From Bugula neritina (taxonomy: Eukaryota; Animalia; Bryozoa), in assembly GCA_964035545.1 (NCBI GenBank), contig OZ037765.1, positions 33,045,504 to 33,109,503 on the forward strand: a DNA stretch of 64,000 nt, in the 5' to 3' direction. The notes under the pieces were generated by a model, which was not told the DNA's origin, searched no databases, and saw only the letters and a program-made list of their open reading frames with translations. Both the position numbers and the translations under genes were made by a program. Shown piece after piece: positions 26,501-41,500 of the stretch; position 1 is the first letter of the stretch, and each line of letters opens with the position of its first letter.

Positions 26501-29500
26501 AAAAAGTGTGCTTGCTAAATGGTAATTAGCCAATTACATCAAACCTACACAAGCTTTCTGCACTTCCGTCTCAGCATGTTATCTGCATGGGCACCCACAC
26601 ACAACAGCCCATTTTTGAGCTAGATGGGTTAATTCTCCCTGCATGTTGCCAGCAGGGGTCACCCGCGCCGTGTGGCTCTATGCTAAGCTGACTAAGTAGT
26701 TAGTAATAACTATGTCATAACTCATTATTCTTAGCAGTGAATAGAAAAAAGCTGCCTAAAACCAACCAGCAGCTCTGTGCAAAAACTCTTAAAACTTTCA
26801 TAAATTATACTATGCAGACCTGTTTACTCTGAATACTTTGAAACAAAACAGCATCCTAGGTTAAACACGAATATATATTGAAAACATAGTTTAGCATGTA
26901 TTGAACCAGAACTAGTAACATTCAGTCATGACAATATTGTGTGAAAATTTTACAATCTGAAGTGAATCTGTATTATATTTATGGCATTATATCAAGTACT
27001 ATTATCCTGCTTTATTCAGGATGTTATTTTGACTGATACTCAATATTTCCCGAAAATAAAAACATGTGATATTTGACTCATACTCATATAAGTACTGCAT
27101 GTTATACTTATATTGTATGCAACTTTGTTCTCTTCTTATATTCTGTATATCTTTATGTTCTAGTGTGGATCAGCTGACTCAGTTAGAGACACCAGACATA
27201 GTAGACAATAGCCTCAAGACAGCACCAGATGTTGTGTCATCACTTAAACAGTTGAACATGAATAGATGTGGAATATCCAGTCTACCTGAAAGGTTTGTGG
27301 TCGCATGTGTATCACTACTTCACAACGTAATTATTACCTTCCTTTATAATGTATTTATACACAACTTATAGAATATAGAATAAGTACAGGATACAGGATA
27401 TAGCTTTTTATTCAAACTTTTCAGGCTTAGTCTGAGATTCCTGTATTCTACAATGAAACGATAAGGGTGCAGTGTAAATATTTATAGAGCCACCCTCTTT
27501 CTCGACTCTGAATAGAAATATTGTAGTGAATTTTAGTATTGCATTAGTTAGTTATGTTATATTGAAAGGGTAACTCTATGTCGGACTGCCGCCATTCGGC
27601 CGACAGCTTCATGTCGACAGTATCATGTCATCAGGATGGCCTGATCGTGTTGGCCAATGAAACAGGACTGACAATTGATGAGTAGGCGGAGTTTCAAACG
27701 CGTAGTGGAAGCATGTTAGACAGCTTCATCGGCAGAGTGGATCGAGTTCTAGTAATGTGAAGTTGTATGCAAATCACTCTATATTATGTAATCGTGTGTG
27801 TTAATGTTAGTAGTTTTATTTTTGTATAGTTTGTAACAATAAAGTCTATTGTAATTGTGAGAAACCTGGTGAAGTAGCTTTATATAAGTAGACCCACTAA
27901 TTATATAGTGAATCAGAAATTCACTACGGTGGTGGCAGCGGTGGGATCTTTCTTATAATAAGTGCTCCTAGCCAGGGAGTAAAACAATGGCCGACGACGA
28001 GGACGTGCCCGATCAGGAACCAGTAGTGATGGAGGAGGATGACATAGGCGGCCCAGCACTGCCTATGGACAGGTATCACTTACGTGCTCCCATCATTTCA
28101 GGAGAAGAGGATGTGGAGCAATTTATTACTGAGTTTAGTAATGTGGCAGCCATCTGTCGATGGCCTGCCAGGGTGACTCTGATCTAGCTACGGTTGTGTC
28201 TGACAGGGCCGGCTAAACCCTATGGGATAGGCCAAGATGCTGGTGACATATTTGAAGCATTGAGAGCTCGGTTTAGGTTAACCGCTCGAGATGCTCGCGT
28301 GCAGCTTCAAGGACTTAGGAGAAACCCTAAGACTAACTTGCGAGAGCACGCATCCGTAGTCGAACGACTGACACAAGTCGCGTATGGCGACTTGCCTGCT
28401 GATAGTCGACAGAGCTTGGCACTGGATGCATTCCTCCAGTCTAATAATAACCTCGTGCTAAAGTAACACCTGCTGGTAGGCGAGGTTGATACAATGGAGC
28501 GAGCTCTCAGGCTTGAAAATGCCTATTTCCAAGTCGACAGTACATGCTGTACATGTCGCCACGGTGGCAGCCGACGAGCCGACTAGCTTGACCACAAGCT
28601 TGGTTCGCGAGTTGTTAGCCGAAATCAGGGAACTACGCCAGCAGTCGACAGCTGAACGACCTACCAGGCCGCCATTAGTGGTCGACGGCAAGGGGAACCC
28701 CATATGCTGAGGTTATAGTAGTGTTGAGCACTTCATACAAAGTTGCCCCCATGGTAGAGGAAGGCAGTTAAATGGAAACGGCCAATGGTAGACTCCGCCA
28801 ACCGTGGGCCTCGGTTTAACCCTCCGAGGCCAAGGCCCGAACCCAATGGGGTGAGGAGGCCTCCTTCGCCAGAATGGCAAGCCCCCGGGAGAGTTAGCAG
28901 GCCGCAAAGCCCGCCAAAACCTCCGGCTTGGGCACTCAAAAATTGCTTTGAAGGTTTGCCTGATGAGGGGATGTATGACGCGTGGGAGCATGACAGGGAT
29001 TTTCTTCGGTTGCCCACACGAGCGCAGGTCCGAGCATTCACTCGGCCGCCCGTGTTTGAGCAAGTCTGAGATGTAGCCCACTTGCCCACGCGATGTCGAC
29101 GACTCTCTCGCAAACGGAAAGCACAGGTGCATCCCCAACTCCATGCACATGAGGTGTCACCTCAAGAGACGAACCGCTCAGTGAGCGCCCAGCCATATGA
29201 GACCAGCTATTTCCTCCCCGGTAAACTTGCCGAAAAAGCGGCAACTGTTCTATTAGACACTGGGTATACCAGAAATCTTCTGAGCCGGCGTCTGTTAGAC
29301 ACACTCAGTGCCAGGGACAGGGCTAGCCTGGAACCACATGACGGGGAACACGGCACGTTGGCGGACAGGTCGTGTTTTCTTTTCTATGAGGTAGTAGAGT
29401 TTACTGGTAGAGTTCGTGATCAGGTGATCAGTGAGACCTGTATCGTCAGTCAACTCAAGGAGGATGCCATCTTAGGCATGCCATTTCTGAAGCGACACAG

Positions 29501-32500
29501 GTGCCACATTGACTTCAATAAGTCGGCGGTGGTGGTGGCCGGGCGTGAGCTGGCCTGTGTCGACCGATTTTGCCGGCCCTTGGTGGGGGGAGTGCAAGTG
29601 GTACAGCGCTGCGCTGTACCTGGGCACTCTTGGGCTACAGTTTGTTGCAGAGTGAACTGTAGGGAAATCTCCAAGTTGGAAGTGGTGGAAAGTGCACTGG
29701 GGGGCGTCCAGCTTGCTAAGAGTCTGAATAGACTGGATGAGCGGGGGGAGTTCCTAGTCCAGGGTGTGAATCTTTTCACGGAGCCGGTAGACTTGCTGGC
29801 TGAGTCCCTAGTGGGGAAGTTCCACTCTGTAGAGGAGGAGGATGTCGGCCCGGCTCTGGAAACAGCAGACAGAGGCTGGCGGGTTCCCACTAGGGACGGC
29901 AGAGGGCCGGTACCTGAACATGTAGCAGAGTTGTACAGGGATGCCTGTGAAGGCTGTGAGAGTAAGCGGTAACGCCTAGTAATGGCGCAGTTACTTTCTG
30001 AGTACAAGGACGTGTTCAGCTGCGGCGACCATGACATGGGCCGAGCGAAGGCTGTCTGTCATGAGATACCCCTGGCGGCGGGAACGGTGCCCATCCGGCA
30101 GCCGACCCGCCAGTTAGGTCCTGAGAAGGAAAGGGAAGTGAGCCGACAGGTGCAAGACTTTCTGAATCGGGACCTGATTGAACCAGGCCAGCGGGCCTGG
30201 AGTCTTCCAGTTGACCTGGTTTGGAAAAAGGATGGGAGCTGGAGGTTTTGCGTTGACTCTCACAGGCTGAACAGCACGACCATCAAGGACGCTTACCCTC
30301 TTCCTAGGATCGACGAGTCGCTAGATGCCTTAGCTGGTAGCAAGTTCTTTAGTACGTTGGACTTGTTAAGCGGGTATTGGCAGGTGCCCCTGAGTCCTGA
30401 AGCACAAGACAAGGCCGCGTTTATTACGCGGGATGGGCTCTGGAAATGGAAGGTGTTGCCGTTCGGACTTACGTCCGCACCGGCCACCTTCCAGCGACTC
30501 ATGGAGCAGATCCTGAGTGGGCTGCTCTGGAAGACCTTGTTCATCTATCTCGATGACGTCATTGTCACCTCCCCCGACTTCGACACTCATGTCAGTCGGC
30601 TCAGAGAGGTGTTTGACAGACTTCGAGCTGCTGGTCTGAAGCTCAAGCCCTCAAAGTTTGCGTTACTGCAACAAGAGGTTAAGTACCTGGGCCATGTAGT
30701 TGGTCGAGACGGGATCGCCATCGACCCCGAGAAGGTACGGGCTGTGAGGGACTGGGAGATTCCTGGCGACCTCCCTGAATTGCGGGCATTCCTGGGGCTG
30801 GTAGGGTACTATCGTCAGTACATACCGGGTTTTGCAGGAATTCGGCAGCCACTAAACTGGCTGACAGCAAAGGGAGTGCGATGGCATGGAAGCATACAGA
30901 ACAGCAGGCATTTAACCACCTCAAGGATCGCTTGGTATAGGCGCCCATCTTGGCGTACCCTGACCCGGCGAAAGAATACATTTTGGATACTGATGCCAGT
31001 AACCACAATGTGGTGGCTGTGCTGTCTCAGGTCCAAGATGGTCGCGAGGTGGTGGTAGCTTACTATAGTAAGGCCCTGTTGGCGCCTGAGATGAACTACT
31101 GTACAACCAGGAGAGGACCCCTGGCGGTAGTCAAGGCGGTTAAACACTTTAGACCGTATCTGTATGGGTGTACGTTCAGATTACAAACGGATCATGCGTC
31201 TTTGATATGGCTGTGTCGACGGGTTGAATCATCAAGCCAAGTGGCGCGCTGGCTGGAAATCCTGGCAGAGTTTTCTCATCGGATAGATCACCGACCCGGT
31301 AAGAAACACGGCAATGCCGACGGACTCAGCCGCCACCAGGCAAATGGGTGTAAGCAATGCCAAAATATCGAGCGTAAGGATGGTGGACCCCCCCGCTCGG
31401 ACGTTGAGGAACAGTTGGGGAAAGCAGGTGCATATAGCTGGGAAGAAGGACAACTTCGGTCCGAATCCCCTAAGGAGGCTGTTACCAACCTTCACGCAAA
31501 CCCCACGCTGCTCAGGAACGTCAAAGAGCTGTGTCGGCTCCAAGCTACACTACCAGGGGTGGTAGCCGACCTAGTCTGGGCCAAGAAGGAGGGACGGCAG
31601 ACTAGTAAGACCGAGCAGCAGGTGAAGAGTGAAGAGTTTAGGTATTTCTGCAATTGCTGGGACTACCTCTGGCTTAACGGCGAGGGGCTGTTAACGATAA
31701 CGTTAGCAGCCGGCACCAATCGCCGTGAATGAGAGAGGGTAGTCTGTCCGTCTGCTCTGAGGCGGGAGTTGATCATTTACACCCATAGGCAAGCTCATGC
31801 AGGAGCCAGGCGTGTTACTCAGTGTCTTCAACTCCAATGATTTTGGCCCGGTATTACCCGGGATGTCCGACTCCGGGTGCGGAAGTGTGAGGTATGCCAA
31901 GCTAGTCAGCATGGCCGCTCTACTGATACTGCCGGGAGGCGCTGCCACCATGCCGGTCGTCCGTGGCAGGTAGTTGCTGTAGATCTGCTGGGCCCCATGC
32001 CCACGACAGTCAGAGGTAATAACTGGATATTGGTGTTAACTGACCATTTCACGCAGTGGGCTGATGCACTGGCTATTTCAGATGCGTCGGCACCGACGGT
32101 GGCCAGAGCTTTTGATCAGCAGGTGTTTTGCTATTTCGGCTTGTTAGAACAGATCTACTCTGATCAAAGCGCCCAGTTTCAGTCGCAACTCATGAGCAAT
32201 CTTTGTAAAACGTGGGGGTAAACCAGAGTCGGACGACCCCGTACCACCCGCAAGGGAATGGGGTTGTGGAGCGGAACAACCGGATGCTAATTTACTCACG
32301 GAGAAGCCTGCTTATCGGTAACAGTCAGGAAGAGTGGGACTCGGTGTTGCCGCAAATCATGCGAGCTTACCGTAGTACCCCTCACTCCAGTACGCTGGAG
32401 ACCCCTAATTTTCTCAGAGAAACCAGGGTTCCTGAACTTACCATATTCCGGCTCCAGAGAGCAGCGTCTATGATTACGTTAATGAGCTCGTGAAATGCAT

Positions 32501-35500
32501 GAGGACAGCTCACGAGGTGCTACGTGAGCAGCAGTGACAGGTCAGGAGTGGTGACTCTGACGACCCCCCTTTGTATAAGGTGGGAGACTTGGTCTGGATG
32601 ACCAGTCATTGCCGGCGGCGCGAACAGGCGGCTAAGTTACAGCAAAAGTTTGTGGGTCCACAAGGTGAAACGGTCTGGACAAGTGTCGATCCAGAACGAG
32701 GCACGGCCAAAACTGTACTGGGCGAGCCCTGACGCAGCAGGACAGGCCCCTCCGCTCTAAAAAGCTTGCACGACTCCCTCCTATGAGAGGGCGAGGCATG
32801 GCATATAGAGAAATAGAGGAGGTGCTGCCAGATCAGGAGGGAGAGGCCGACGTGCCGACCGATCCGCCCCGGCCGCCTACACTCCAGGAGGAGGCGACCG
32901 ACACACCGGAAGACCGGTCTGAGCCGGCCCCACCACCAGTGGAGCCAGCCGACATGCCTGTCGCTCCGGATGAGATGGTAATTTCTCAGATTCACGAGGA
33001 AGAGGCAACTAGGGAGGAGCCACCCGTATTAGTTAAATCCCCCCCCCCGTACTGGCGACACCACCGGTGGTGGTATAATCACCAGTACCAGCAAATCCTC
33101 CAGTACAGTTGGAACATAGTCAGCGTACTAGGACGCCACCATCTGATTTAAGAGACTTCTGGTGTGACATGGTCGACATGCTCCGTATTTTATAGCCTGT
33201 CGACTTGTACAAAAAAAGTCTGGGGGCAAGGTAATTGATAGTGGCGGATAGAATAGGTCAGCCGAGGGGTCAGCAGAGCAAAGCCAACTCAATAGCGCAT
33301 GGGGTGGTACATAACCACTCTAGCTGTGAGCGCTCTTTTCAGTTACAACCAGCAAACAGGCAGCACTTCTTTTTGCAGTAAATAAATTTGGCTACTACGA
33401 GCCCTATATAAACAGACAGCGAACATTATGTCTAATGCAGCAACTGTTTTGGAGGGTGAGACTGAAGCTGTGTCTGCTGAGATACAGGCACTACTCGATA
33501 CACCGACAGCAGCATGGGACAACATGTGTCAGAGGAGAGGATTGACATGTTGTCCGACATTCACTTATCAACAGTGTCGGACCAATCGACTACAACGACT
33601 AACCAGACTGTTAAACAAGTTGACATTACTGAACTAACTGGCGGACCGCTTGAATTGCCACAAGCTTTGTTACGGCGTACTACCTGGACAACTAGACAGA
33701 CGAAAACTCTAATACAGGCACTGATAGGGACTGATGACAATAGGCGGTGTGATGAATGCAGACGAACTTTCTCGACTATGAAACAACTCAAAATACACAT
33801 GCCACAACATTTTACTGTAACCTTCTGTCCCTGTGGAGTCCACCACTTCTACAGGGGCGCTATACTGTGACACCAAAGGAATCAGAACTGTTACATCGGA
33901 CACCTATACAAAATTGACGCCGACTCATACACTGAATTTAGAGAGATGATACTGCTTCATGTGACCGACCCAGATCGACGCCAGACGCCACTAGACCAGT
34001 TCCCCGCGACCCGAACAACGGTGGAAAGCGATTCAGACGCAGGCCCCCAGCCTCTGGAGACCACGAGGACAACACCAGCCCCTGAGGTGACGACTCAGCC
34101 TCTCCAAATTCTTGTGTCCCGTGCCGGACGCACAATAGAAGTAGACTCCCCACCCCTGACCACAACTACCTCCTTCTTCCCTAGTCGCCGACAGAAGAAG
34201 AGAAAGAGCCCTAGTGACCGGACTAACAAAAATACTATCCCCGACCAGTCTCTATTGACAGATGTAAAGAAGTTACAGAGGCGTATGGCGTATGTACATA
34301 TATGGAGTGGGTCCTTTCATACGACATCAGAGAATTTACAGTATGGTTGAGCATAACCAACTTTTTAGAGGACTATTTGAAGGCTCTCAACTGAAAACTA
34401 GATGACTTCCGCTGCTGCTTTGCTTCACCGTATTTATTGCTATAGTCAAGCTTTCCTAATCTGTTTCCCTGTGCACTGTTTTCAGTATGAAATTTTGCAT
34501 CATTCTGAAAATGTTTGCATACTAGTTTAATTACACTGTTGGCTTACATTATCGTTTGGTCTTGGATTAAATGTATGTTTCTTTTATAAATTGATGGCAG
34601 ACAGATTTTAACTAAAAAAAATACAAACTTAAGTCTAAAACCTGGTGTGCCCTGTTATAATTAACATATGAAAATAATTGGTGGGGCAAGTTGTACCTGG
34701 TTCAACTTGCCCCACTTCCTGTGTGGTTCAACTGACCTCACACTATCACGGGCTACATATTATTGTCAATATCTGCTGTGAATGAAATATTTCTGCAAGT
34801 TTATGTCATTGTACAGCTTTGAAAGCATGTTGACAATACATGCCTAAATTTATTTGACTGTGCTCTTAAAATTTGAGAAGCCATGTAACTGTTTATGAAA
34901 AATATAAAGTTTTAGTTTGCTCATTTTTCATGCAAAATTGTGAAAAATACTCGCTTGAACCTGAAAACTTCTGCTTGGAGTTTATTTGTTTCTATATATT
35001 TTTATATATTTATATATTTTCTATATTGAAAATATAATCTGACATGTATTAAATTAAAACTGGTAATATTCAGTCTATGAGATAGTGCGTGTAAATTGTA
35101 CAATGTGGAGTATATATGTATTATATTTACTGAATTCATTATATGAGGTACTATTATCCTGCTTTATTCAGGATGTTATTTTGACTGATACTAAATAGTT
35201 TATGAAATACAGAGATGTGATATTTGACTCATACACATGCCAGTATTGCATATTATCCTCATACTTTGCTTTGTTTTAATGCATGTCTTTATATTACAGT
35301 TTCTCCCAGCTGACTCAGTTAGAGATACTAAACATAGGAGACAATACTCTCAACACAGTACCAGATGTTGTGTCATCACTCACATCACTTAAACAGTTGA
35401 AGATGAATAGATGTGGTATATCCAGTCTACCTGAAAGGTTTGTGTGTCACATGTTTATTTTGTTATTTCTTCTTAACATCATAACCATCTCCCTTTAATT

Positions 35501-38500
35501 TATATTTATACATAACTATTAGTATATAAGATATGTACAGGTTATAAATGTGTATGTAGAAATTTGTACCCACTGTAAGGTTTTGGTAGAGTACAATGAG
35601 ATAGAAAAGGTGGAGTGCATCATGAAGTGAAAAGCCACCCTTTCTCATGAAAAAGTGAATTATAATTTTGTTTCACTACTGTATTGAAATACCACAGTAC
35701 TCCCCAGCTATAATGTAAAATTTTATTGCTACCAAGCATTTTGCTAAAGATTTCATGTGGAACGAAGACTAGATATAGGATGTTATTAAAGAAAACAGTG
35801 GTCTAGGGGCTTGAACCCTGACAAAGGCCATTGATGATGTTAGGAAGACTATACCCAGTCATAATTGCTCTTGTGCGCCATTTAAATAATTCCTTAGCCC
35901 GATTTACCAAAAATCCTTTCCACCGGGTTTTTCAAAGGGATGGTGACTATAAAGTTGCATGCATTTTACTCTATAAGAAAACAATGAAATCACTCGTAAT
36001 ATGAAGTACTAATATCTACTATAGTGACATAATTTGTTACTGATCAAATTGCCTTCATTTTATTACATGAAACAATTTAAAGTAAAATATCATAAGGATT
36101 GGAAAAACATTTTTGTTTTGTTGATAGAATTTTTCAGAACTATAAACTGCTGCATGATATTTTATTATTTTCCTGATGTAAATTTTTATATCATTTTTTT
36201 GTATCACAGTTTTTCCCAGCTGACTCAGTTAGAGATACTATACATACAACAGAATCATCTCAACACAGTACCAGATGTTGTGTTATTACTCACATCACTT
36301 GAACAGCTGGATATGAGTTACTGTAGTAGAGTTGGTCTACCTGAGAGGTTTGTGTGCCACATGTGGCACACAAACCTCTCAGGTAGTAATAAACATGGAA
36401 CGGTCTAGACAAGTGTCGATCCAGAATGAGGCACGGCCAAAACTGTACTGGGCGAGCCCTGACGCAGCAGGACAGGCCCCTCCGCTCTAAAAAGCTCGCA
36501 CGACTCCCTCCTATGAGAGGGCGAGGCATGGCATATAGAGAAATAGAGGAGGTGCTGCCAGATCAGGAGGGAGAGGCCGACGTGCCGACCAATCCGCCCC
36601 GGCCGCCTACACTCCAGGAGGAGGCGGCCGACACACCGGAAGACCGGTCTGAGCCGGCCCCACCACCGGTGGAGCCAGCCGACATGCCTGTCGCTCCGGA
36701 TGAGATGGTAATTCCTCAAATTCACGAGGAAGAGGCAACTAGGGAGGAGCCACCCGTATTAGTTAAATCCCCCCCCGTACTGGCGACACCACCGGTGGTG
36801 GTAGAGTCACCAGTATCAGCAAATCCTCCAGTACAGTTGGATTGTAGTCAGCGTACTAGGGCGCCACCATCTGATTTAAGAGACTTCTGGTGTGACATGG
36901 TCGACATGCTCAGTATTTTATAGCCTGTCGACTTGTACAAAAAAAGTCTGGGGGCAAGGTAATTGATAGTGGCGGATAGAATAGGTCAGCCGAGGGGTCA
37001 GCAGAGCAAAGCCAACTCAATAGCGCATGGGGTGTTACATAACCACTCTAGCTGTGATCGCTCTTTTCAATTACAACCAGCAAACAGGCAGCACGTGTTT
37101 TTGCAGTAAATAAATTTGGCTACTACGAGCCTTATATAAACAGACAGCGAACATTATGTCTAATGCAGCAACTGTTTTGGAGGGTAAGACTGAAGCTGTG
37201 TCTGCTGATACAGGCACTACTCGATACACCGACAGCAGCATGGGACAACATGTGTCAGAGGAGAGGATTGACATGTTGTCCGACATTCACTTATCAACAG
37301 TGTCGGACCAATCGACTACAACGACTAACCAGACTGTTAGACAAGTTGACATTACTGAACTAACTGGCGGACCGCTTGAATTGCCACAAGCTTTGTTACG
37401 GCGTACTACCTGGACAACTAGACAGACGAAAACTCTAATACAGGCACTGATAGGGACTGATGACAATAGACGGTGTGATGAATGCAGACGAACTTTCTCG
37501 ACTATGAAACAACTCAAAATACACATGCCACAACATTTTACTGTAACCTTCTGTCCCTGTGGAGTCCACCACTTCTACAGGGGCGCTATACTGCGACACC
37601 AAAGAAATCAGAACTGTTACATCGGACACCTATACAAAATTGACGCCGACTCCTACACTGAATTTAGAGATATGATACTGCTTCATGTGACCGACCCAGA
37701 TCGACGCCAGACGCCACTAAACCAGTTCCCCGCGACCCGAACAACGGTGGAAAGCGTTTCAGACGCAGACCCCCAGCCTCTGGAGACCACGAGGACAACA
37801 CTAGCCCCTGAGGTGACGACTCAGCCTCTCCGTATTCTCATGTCCCGTGCCGGACGCACAATAGAAGTAGACTCCCCACCCCTGACCACAACTACCTCCT
37901 TCTTCCCTAGTCGCCGACAGAAGAAGAGAAAGAGCCCTAGTGACCGGACTAACAAAAATACTATCCCCGACCAGTCTCTATTGACAGATGTAAAGAAGTT
38001 ACAGAGGCGTATGGCGTATGTACATATATGGAGTGGGTCCTTTCATACGACATCAGAGAATTTACAGTATGGTTGAGCATAACCAACTTTTTAGAGGACT
38101 ATTTGAAGGCTCTCAACTGAAAACTAGATGACTTCCGCTGCTGCTTTGCTTCACCGTATTTATTGCTATAGTCAAGCTTTCCTAATCTGTTTCCCTGTGT
38201 GTTTTCAGTATGAAATTTTGCATCATTCTGAAAATGTTTGTTTCTATATTTTTATATATTTGTATACTTTCTATATTGAAAATATAATCTGACATGTATT
38301 AAATTAGAACTGGTAATATTCAGTCTATGAGATAGTGTGTGTAAATTGTACAATGTGGAGTATATATGTATTATATTTACTGCATTCATTATATGAGGTA
38401 CTATTATCCTGCTTTATTCAGGATGTTATTTTGACTGATACTCAATAGTTTATGAAATACAGAGATGTGATATTTGACTCATACACATGTCAGTATTGCA

Positions 38501-41500
38501 TATTATCCTCATACTTTGCTTTGTTTTAATGCATGTCTTTATATTACAGTCTCTCTCGGCTGACTCAGTTAGAGAAACTAGACATAGGATCCAATACTCT
38601 CAACACAGTACCAGATGTTGTGTCATCACTCACATCACTTAAACAGTTGGACATGAATAGTTGTGGTATATCCAGTCTACCTGAGAGGTTTGTGTGTCAC
38701 ATGTTTATTATTTCTTCTTAACATCATAACCATCTCCCATTTAAATTATATTTATACAAAACTATTAGTATATAAGATATGTACAGGTTATAAATGTGTA
38801 TATATAGGTAGAATTTTGTACCCACTTTAAGGTTTTGGTAAAATCCAATGAGATGGAAAAGGTGGAGTGCATCATGAATTGAAAAGCCACCCTCTCTCAT
38901 GAAAAAGTGAATTACAAATTTGATCTACTGCTGTATTAAAATACTCCAGTACTCCCTAGCTATAATGTAAAACTCTATAGCTAAGCATTTTGCTAAAGTT
39001 TCCATGTGGAAAGAATACTAGATATAGAATATCAATGAAGAAAACAATGGTCTAGGGGTTTGAGCCCCGACAAAGGCTATTGATGATGTTAGGAAGACTA
39101 CCCAGTCATAATTGCTCCTGTGCATCATCTGAATAAGTCCATAGCCCCAGTTAACAAAAATCCTTTCATCAGGGATTTTCTCACAGGGATGGTGATTATA
39201 AATTTGCTTCAGTTTTATTTTTAAATTAAATAAAAAAATCATTTTTTATATAAAGCGATAACAGCTACTAGTGATGTAATTTGTTACTCATCACTATCAA
39301 ATCAAATGGTATTCATTATTAGATGAAACAAGTTAAGGTAAAATATCATGAGGACTGCAAAAATACTTTTGTTTTGTTGTTAGAATTTTTCAGAACTGTA
39401 AACTGCTGCATGATACTTTATTCTCTTCCTGTTGTAATTTTTTATATTATATTTTTATATTACAGTTTCTCCCAGCTGACTCAGTTAGAGAAACTAGACA
39501 TAGGAAACAATACTCTCAACACAGTACCAGATGTTGTGTCATCACTCACATCACTTAAACAGTTGAAGATGAATAGATGTGGTATATTTAGTCTACCTGA
39601 AAGGTTTGTGTGTCACATGTTTATTATTTCTTCTTAACATCATAACCATCTCCCTTTAAATTATATTTATACATAACTATTAGTATATAAGATATGTACA
39701 GGTTATAAATGTGTATATAGGTAGAAATTTGTATCCACCTTAAGGTTTTGATAAAATACAATGAGATGGAAAAGATTGAGTGCATCATGAATTGAAAAGC
39801 CACCCTCTCTCATGAGAAAGTGAATTATAATTTTGTTTCACTACTGTATTGAAATACCACAGTACTCCCCAGCTATAATGTAAAATTTTATTGCTACCAA
39901 GCATTTTGCTAAAGATTTCATGTGGAACGAAGACTAGATATAGGATGTTATTAAAGAAAACAGTGGTCTAGGGGCTTGAACCCTGACAAAGGCCATTGAT
40001 GATGTTAGGAAGACTATACCCAGTCATAATTGCTCCTGTGCGTCATTTAAATAATTCCTTAGCCCGATTTAACAAAAATCCTTTCCACCGGGTTTTTCAA
40101 AGGGATGGTGACTATAAAGTTGCATGCATTTTACTCTATAAGAAAACAATGAAATCACTCGTAATATGAAGTACTAATATCTACTATAGTGACATAATTT
40201 GTTACTGATCAAATTGCCTTCATTTTATTACATGAAACAATTTAAAGTAAAATATCATAAGGATTGGAAAAACATTTTTGTTTTGTTGATAGAATTTTTC
40301 AGAACTATAAACTGCTGCATGATATTTTATTATTTTCCTGATGTAAATTTTTATATCATATTTTTGTATCACAGTCTCTCCCAGCTGACTCAGTTAGAGA
40401 TACTAGACATACAATGGAATCATCTCAACACAGTACCAGATGTTGTGTTATTACTCACATCACTTAAACAGCTGAATATGAGTGACTGCAATGTTAGTAG
40501 AGTTGGTGTACCTGAGAGGTTTGTGTGTCACATGTTTATTACTACTTCACAACATCACTATTACTACTCTGTAACTTATATTTATACACAACTTATATAG
40601 TATATATAATATAACATACAGGATACAGAGTATAGCTATAGTTTCTGTACTTAGCCTGAGTTCCCTGTGTTAGACAAGGAGCTGGTAAGGGTACAGTGCA
40701 AAAATTGGAAAAGCTATAAACCTCTTCAAATGACTATGTGCAGGATGATGAAAGGAGTTGTATTACTTATATATGAATATGTAAGATAGTTTACAATAAT
40801 GTGTAAAGTTTGGAAAAGATACCCTCTTTCTATATGACCAGAAGCTGAATTATAAATTAGGAGTTGTATTTTTTGCATACGGATATTTTGTGTAGTTTAG
40901 AATAATTGTATGCATTATATGTTATTAGGAATTAAATATACAGCAATAATGTGGTTTATATTTTATATATTACCATTAAATTTTCTGTATGCGTAGGGTC
41001 ACACAACGCGGGTTTTCTGCATGCGGGTCCAAATTTTAGGAAACCTGTTCTGGGAACAACTTGCCACGCACAATGCATGAATTGTGGGTGCGGGAGCTCA
41101 TTGGCTAACGATCTCGGAGTTTAACATTACCGCTCGCCTATAACAGACATTTGTTTTTTAAATTTACATCATCGGCAAAGTGACTTTCCATATTATAAAA
41201 GCGGAAATGGAAACTATATGAAACTGTTTTAATTTAGTTCGATAAAAATTAAACCTCGAATTGAAATTTAAAAAGTGTGCTTGCTAAATGGTAATTAGCC
41301 AATTACATCAAACCTACACAAGCTTTCTGCACTTCCGTCTCAGCTTGGTATCAGCATGGAAACCCGCACACAACAGCCCATTTCTGGGCTAAATGGATTT
41401 CTCCGCATGTTGCCAGCAGGGGTCACCCGCGCCGTGTGGCCCTATGCTAAGCTGACTAAGTAATTAGTAATAACTATGTCATAACTCATTATTCTTAGCA

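Noticed and set aside
29450-31543. Antisense ORFs over the Gypsy pol (and + strand ORFs over 14176-17630)
   Set aside because: Shadow frames of GC-richer retroelement coding sequence with no recognisable motifs.
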